From Methanomassiliicoccaceae archaeon (GTDB lineage Archaea; Thermoplasmatota; Thermoplasmata; Methanomassiliicoccales; Methanomassiliicoccaceae): a stretch of 64,000 nucleotides of DNA. Positions 59,615-64,000 of the stretch are shown here, piece by piece. The position numbers and the translations under genes were made by a program. Position 1 is the first letter of the stretch, and every line of letters starts with the position of its first letter. The notes below the pieces were generated by a model. The model had not been told where the DNA came from. It searched no databases and saw only the letters and a program-made list of their open reading frames with translations. Location: positions 32,001 to 96,000 of the forward strand of contig CAVSJV010000002.1 of NCBI GenBank assembly GCA_963728405.1, in the 5' to 3' direction.

Positions 59615-59669
59615 ACTCGAGTCTAGGGATCCACAGTCCCACAGGATGCCAGGCTACCCCAACCCGGCC
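59596..59669 (-). tRNA. tRNA-His (anticodon GTG) with encoded G-1
   Basis: (G)GCCGGGTTGGGGTAGCCTGGCATCCTGTGGGA-CTGTGGA-TCCCTAGACTCGAGTTCAAATCTCGGACCCGGCC cloverleaf with C73 discriminator. Confidence 0.93.
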
Positions 59670-59696
59670 ATGGCGAGACCTCCTCAACGCATAAGT

Positions 59697-60117
59697 CTAC
59701 ATAAACCTTTCTTCGGTAAAAGGTCCCGCTCCCCTATCGGACCACGCGACTTCCCTACCCATCCTCCGATAGAGATGGACAACTGCTTCTGGGCGTTGAA
59801 GTCCGGAATCGATGGCGAGCTCCCTCGACCCCTCGGCCTTGAGCCGGCTGAACTCTTCGTTGATCAGGGGGCGTGGATAGTGAAGGACGACCCAACCTTC
59901 CGACAGAAGGGAATTAAGGAACGCCTCGTCGAAGGCATGGGCTCCTCCCCCGCAAGAGGATTCGAAGTCTTCCGTCCATCCGCTTCCATCTCCATACCGA
60001 TCCTCTAGTCGGATCCTCGGGACTGCCCCCTCTGCTCTCCGCCGACCGGACCCGGGCGCCAATAATCGAGGGGGGGGAACCGATCCTTTCATCAGCGACC
60101 CTTCGGGCATCATCCAT
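59697..60117 (-). CDS. hypothetical protein (start uncertain, possible homopolymer indel)
   Basis: The C-terminal ~100 aa look protein-like (FLNSLLSEGWVVLHYP); no recognisable motif. Confidence 0.35.
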
Positions 60118-60297
60118 CGCAATTTTCGCCACTCCCCTCGGCTGATACCTGGGCAATTCAAGACGAGTTGGCGTATATTTCAAGGGCGCCCTCTCAAAAA
60201 CGGGCCGGATAGACCTTGGCAGGACAATAATCTGGTCCGGTTGTATTCTGGTTTACAATATGGTTAAGAACAGTCCTTTTCTCTTACTCTTGAAAAC

Positions 60298-61209
60298 ATG
60301 AATAAGGACGTTCTTTCAGTGCTCGACCTGCAGGAGGATATCGATGATGTCCTGGTTCAGGCGGCCAAGCTCAAGCAGCAGAACGAAAAGAGCGGCCAGC
60401 AGCTAAAAGGCCAGACGCTGGCCATGATATTCGAGAAGTCAAGCACCCGAACGAGGGTCTCATTTGAAGTTGGCATGATGCAGCTGGGAGGTAACACCAT
60501 CTATCTCAGCCAGAAAGACACCCAGTTGGGGAGGGGAGAGACGGTCGCGGACACCGCCCAGGTCCTCAGCCGGTATGTCGAAGGCATTGTCTATCGGGCT
60601 TTCAGCCACGTCAACATGGCCGAGCTTGCCAAGCATGCCACGGTCCCGGTGATCAATGCGCTGGACGACATCGAACATCCCTGCCAGGTGATGGCGGACC
60701 TGATGACGATCAAGGAGCAAAAGCATGAGCTGTCTGGTCTGAAGTTCACCTACATCGGAGATGGTAACAATGTGTGCAACTCTCTTCTCCTGGGCGCGGC
60801 TTTGACCGGTATGGACTTCGTGGCCGCCACTCCGTTGGAATATCGACCCAGCGCGACCATTGTAAAGAAAGCGGCATCCTTGGCCAAGGCAACGAAGGCC
60901 TCGAGCAAAGTGATCGCCGATCCCATGAAAGCCGCGACAGGGGCCGATATCATCTATACGGACACATGGGTCTCCATGGGCCAGGAGTGCGATGCCGATC
61001 GCAAGGAGAAGCTGCTCCGGCCTTATCAAGTGAACAAGGCCATCATGGCAAAGGCGGAAAAGGATTGCATATTCATGCATTGCCTCCCTGCCCACCGCGG
61101 CTCAGAGGTGACCGAAGAGGTCATCGATGGAAAGCGCAGCGTGGTGTTCGACCAGGCGGAGAACCGGATGCACGCCCAGAAAGCTATCCTCATCAAGCTT
61201 ATGGGCTGA
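60298..61209 (+). CDS. argF: ornithine carbamoyltransferase
   Basis: FEKSSTRTR, HPCQ, GDGNNV, DTWVSMG, MHCLPAHRG, QAENR. Confidence 0.96.
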   Translation: MNKDVLSVLDLQEDIDDVLVQAAKLKQQNEKSGQQLKGQTLAMIFEKSSTRTRVSFEVGMMQLGGNTIYLSQKDTQLGRGETVADTAQVLSRYVEGIVYRAFSHVNMAELAKHATVPVINALDDIEHPCQVMADLMTIKEQKHELSGLKFTYIGDGNNVCNSLLLGAALTGMDFVAATPLEYRPSATIVKKAASLAKATKASSKVIADPMKAATGADIIYTDTWVSMGQECDADRKEKLLRPYQVNKAIMAKAEKDCIFMHCLPAHRGSEVTEEVIDGKRSVVFDQAENRMHAQKAILIKLMG

Positions 61210-62798
61210 GCTGTTTTAGGACGATATCATCGATCGCGAGTAGGAACGCATCCTCCCGGCCCTCCGGGACGGTCGCTCCTGCCGCGATGTTGTGCCCGCC
61301 CCCCGTGCCACCTACGGTCTCTGATGCCTGGCGCATCGCCGCGGATAGGTCCAGACCTCGCTTGGTCATATCCCTGGTACCCCGACCCGACACCTTGACG
61401 GTGCAGGTGCCGTCCATCGATTGGGCAAATGCAATGATCGGACGGTCGGCTGGAACCTCCGGCGTTCCCAGCAACATGCCGGCCACGATGCCCACGATGG
61501 TGTCCTCGATGCGGTCCCGCCCGTTGAAGTAGCGCACCGCCTTCAACGCCGTCCCTCCCGGAGAGATGACCGATGCGCTAAATGACTCGTCTCTCTTGAC
61601 CAGCTCTATTGCCATTCTCAGCATGTCGCGATGGTTATCCTGCTGACGCATGGCCTCGCCAAGCCCCTCCATCCGGTCGCCCAGGCAGACCGCCTTGCCT
61701 ATCTCCGGGCGGTCGTGGCGGCCACAAGCGTTAAGCATGGTAGCGAACTCCTTGGCGTCGAACAGCGCCCGCATGTTCGGCGTCCAGGTGGAACCATCGG
61801 TCAGGTCGCAGCGCTCCGGTCCGCTGCTCGCATACCAGTCGATAGCGGTCCCCGGGAGGTCTCTGGCTAGTGTATACACCTCTCCTATCAGTCTTCGGAC
61901 GTAGGCCTCTCCCTTGCCCGCGTCCAGCATGCGGTTGACCAGCGCGCTCACGATGCGGCGCTTCTCCTCCCTTGACAGCTGGGACCAGGTGCGGAACCGA
62001 TCACCGTCCTTCAATGGGACACCGACCGCCGCCAGGAAGTCGATACAGGCCAGCTTACCCTCGTCCTGGGCGATCGGGTCCTCGTCCAGAACGTCACTCG
62101 CTCTTCTTCCAGACCTCTCGCCGGTCAAGAACGGCAAGAGGGCTGGCTCGTTTGAATATTGGAGCAGACATGTGCAGGGGGCGGGTCTGGCGGCCGAACA
62201 GGCGAACGTCTTTCTCCGCCGTCACCAGGCCGAGGGAAAGGGCGTCGTCCAGGATGGTGCGATTATATCCACAGAGGCGGCTCTCGGCAGCATCCTGGAA
62301 ATCTCCGACCGCACCGATGATCGCCAGTACCGACAGGTCCTTGTTCCCGGGGTCCATCTTCTTGGCCACCAGATAGGTGACCCCGGCCCCCGAGACCTCG
62401 CTCGAACCGTCCAGGCCGAAAAGATGAGGATTGACATGGCCCTCGCTCGATCCGGCCTCCGAAGGATCGACACGATGGTGATCGGTCACCACGGATCGAC
62501 CATGCTCGAGCTTAGAATACATGCCGCTCCCCAGGTCAACGAACCAGATCCTGCTAGCGGGATGCGAGCGTATCCTTCCGACCTCCGCGTCGTCCAGTTT
62601 CTTGACGAAGCGGACGGTGTGCTCGATCCCCGCCCGGCCGAGGGCCGCCGAGGCGATCGATGAAGCGGTTATGCCGTCGGCATCGATGTGGCCGACCACC
62701 AGGACCGACCCGGAGGATCGAAGCATTCGGGCAGCTCCCTCCGCAGCTTTCTCAAAGCCCTTAACATCACGTATCGGGGTCACAGCGTCCATGTTCAA
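61199..62798 (-). CDS. archaeal RecJ-like DHH/DHHA1 phosphoesterase, frameshift near 62150
   Basis: HIDADG, VDLGSG, TDHH, GAVGD; NACGR and GGGHNIAAGA in the second frame. Confidence 0.9.
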
Positions 62799-63589
62799 TC
62801 TGACTCATGAACGATACGGTTCTTTAGTGTTGCGTATACATGTTCGGCAAGCGGGCTGAGGTTCTTGGTATCCTCTTCGTTATACTTCTTCAATAATTTT
62901 AGAGCGTTCTCCTTTCTCGACCGCTCCCAGACCCTCCATAGGTAAACGGCCTCCTCTCCGGTGACGTACTCCACCTCCCTGGCCCGGGCGATGCCCATCT
63001 GCTTCTCCACTGATTTCAGACCGCCCTGAAGTCCGACCCGACGGCAGGCGTGGCGCAGGTCGAAGTGAGGGACCCGGGGAACGGTGAACGGGAAGTGATA
63101 TTCCAATATGGGTAGATCGAAGGAGCTCCCATTGAATGTCACCAGTAACTTGACGCCCTCCAGAGCCTTCTTGAGGGAACCGGCGTCAAGATCCTGTCCC
63201 CTTGTCAAGGAGATGGTTCGGCCGTTTCTATAAATGCCCACCACGGTGACGTTGGCGTAGCTGGACCGCCCATCGGTCTCAATGTCTAGGAAGGCGGTCT
63301 GCTCGCGGAACATATCATAGAGGCGCCAATGCTCGACCGTCGGCAGTATCTTGCTAAAATATTCAGTCCTACCGTTATTGAGGAAGACCTCGGCTCGTTC
63401 GAGATGCTGGTCGAGATGTTCCTTCCGGTCCTTGGCGATCCCTTTCACTTTGGATGCCGAACGGAAATCATCCCAATCCCTTACCCCGCTCTTCCAGAGG
63501 TTCCTCTCTTTCCCCTTCCCGACCGAGGGCAGGATCTGAACTGTCCTCCGGATCACGACGCCGGCATCGCCGAAGCTCATTGATACCAT
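62795..63589 (-). CDS. RNase H-like exonuclease (YprB/RNase_H_2 family)
   Basis: FLDIETDG, TFNGSSFDLP, GGLKSVE, YNEED. Confidence 0.88.
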   Translation of the reverse strand: MVSMSFGDAGVVIRRTVQILPSVGKGKERNLWKSGVRDWDDFRSASKVKGIAKDRKEHLDQHLERAEVFLNNGRTEYFSKILPTVEHWRLYDMFREQTAFLDIETDGRSSYANVTVVGIYRNGRTISLTRGQDLDAGSLKKALEGVKLLVTFNGSSFDLPILEYHFPFTVPRVPHFDLRHACRRVGLQGGLKSVEKQMGIARAREVEYVTGEEAVYLWRVWERSRKENALKLLKKYNEEDTKNLSPLAEHVYATLKNRIVHESD

Positions 63590-63696
63590 TTTCCATGGGT
63601 TAAGTGAAAGTGTCGGCCTACCGGGGGTAAGATAGAAATAGTGTTGTCCGCTTAGTTCGATTCACCCTGGCCATGCTCGCTGGGGACGGAAAATAA

Positions 63697-64000
63697 ATGG
63701 ATGAGATCGAGGTCTTCAAGGGCGTTTTCGTTACCGCCGATCTGTGCCTGCATATTCCCGAAGAACGGACCGTGGTGGTTGCCGACCTCCATATTGGCTA
63801 TGAATCGGCGCTGGAGGCCGAAGGCATACATATCCCTCGCATCCAGACCGAAGCGGTCAAGGACTCGTTGGGCAAGATAATTGAGAAATATGAACCGGAC
63901 CGGCTAGTCGTGCTGGGTGATCTCAAGCATGAGTTCAGCCGGAACCTGGGACAGGAGATGAAGGACGTCCGGGCGGTCCTGGACAGCATCTCTGGCCAGG
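63697..64000 (+). CDS. metallophosphoesterase (partial, runs off the window edge)
   Basis: Manual translation: VVADLHIGYE...IP..Q...VVLGDLKHEF. Confidence 0.85.
   Translation, partial: MDEIEVFKGVFVTADLCLHIPEERTVVVADLHIGYESALEAEGIHIPRIQTEAVKDSLGKIIEKYEPDRLVVLGDLKHEFSRNLGQEMKDVRAVLDSISGQ

Noticed and set aside
59700-60200. RNase P or other large ncRNA between tRNA-His and argF
   Set aside because: No GAGGAAAGTCC-type conserved motifs found on either strand; a weak ORF explains the region.

Overview
The window joins two unrelated DNA segments at about 13,081. Segment A (1 to ~13,080) is very GC-rich, bacterial and probably actinobacterial; Thermoleophilia/Solirubrobacterales is my inference. 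It holds an acetolactate decarboxylase, a NodI/NodJ-like ABC exporter, a large (Alu-containing) SRP RNA, a cation/H+ antiporter and tRNA-Val(CAC). An ~8.4 kb accessory island follows, packed with toxin-antitoxin-type genes: Fic, FitAB, an orphan VapC, DUF4160/DUF2442, a wHTH-nucleotidyltransferase and an AbiE-like pair. Segment B (~13,081 to 64,000) is archaeal and most like Methanomassiliicoccales/Thermoplasmatota (inference). It begins in a truncated trpD and carries trpGE, a membrane protein plus two geranylgeranyl-reductase-like genes, cobO, nucleotide-sugar genes, flippases, ABC transporters, PRC-barrel genes, sepF, rtcB, three tandem 7TM-DUF835 receptor-like genes, tRNA-His, argF and a nuclease cluster. 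Many conserved genes are split by single-base indels, which points to uncorrected long-read errors. Best leads: the 7TM-DUF835 receptor array, the membrane protein/GGR operon, the TA island with visible operators, a structured RNA leader upstream of a methyltransferase, and an unannotated 22-aa CxxC/Lys-rich microprotein. All family assignments come from motif recognition by eye; no searches were run.
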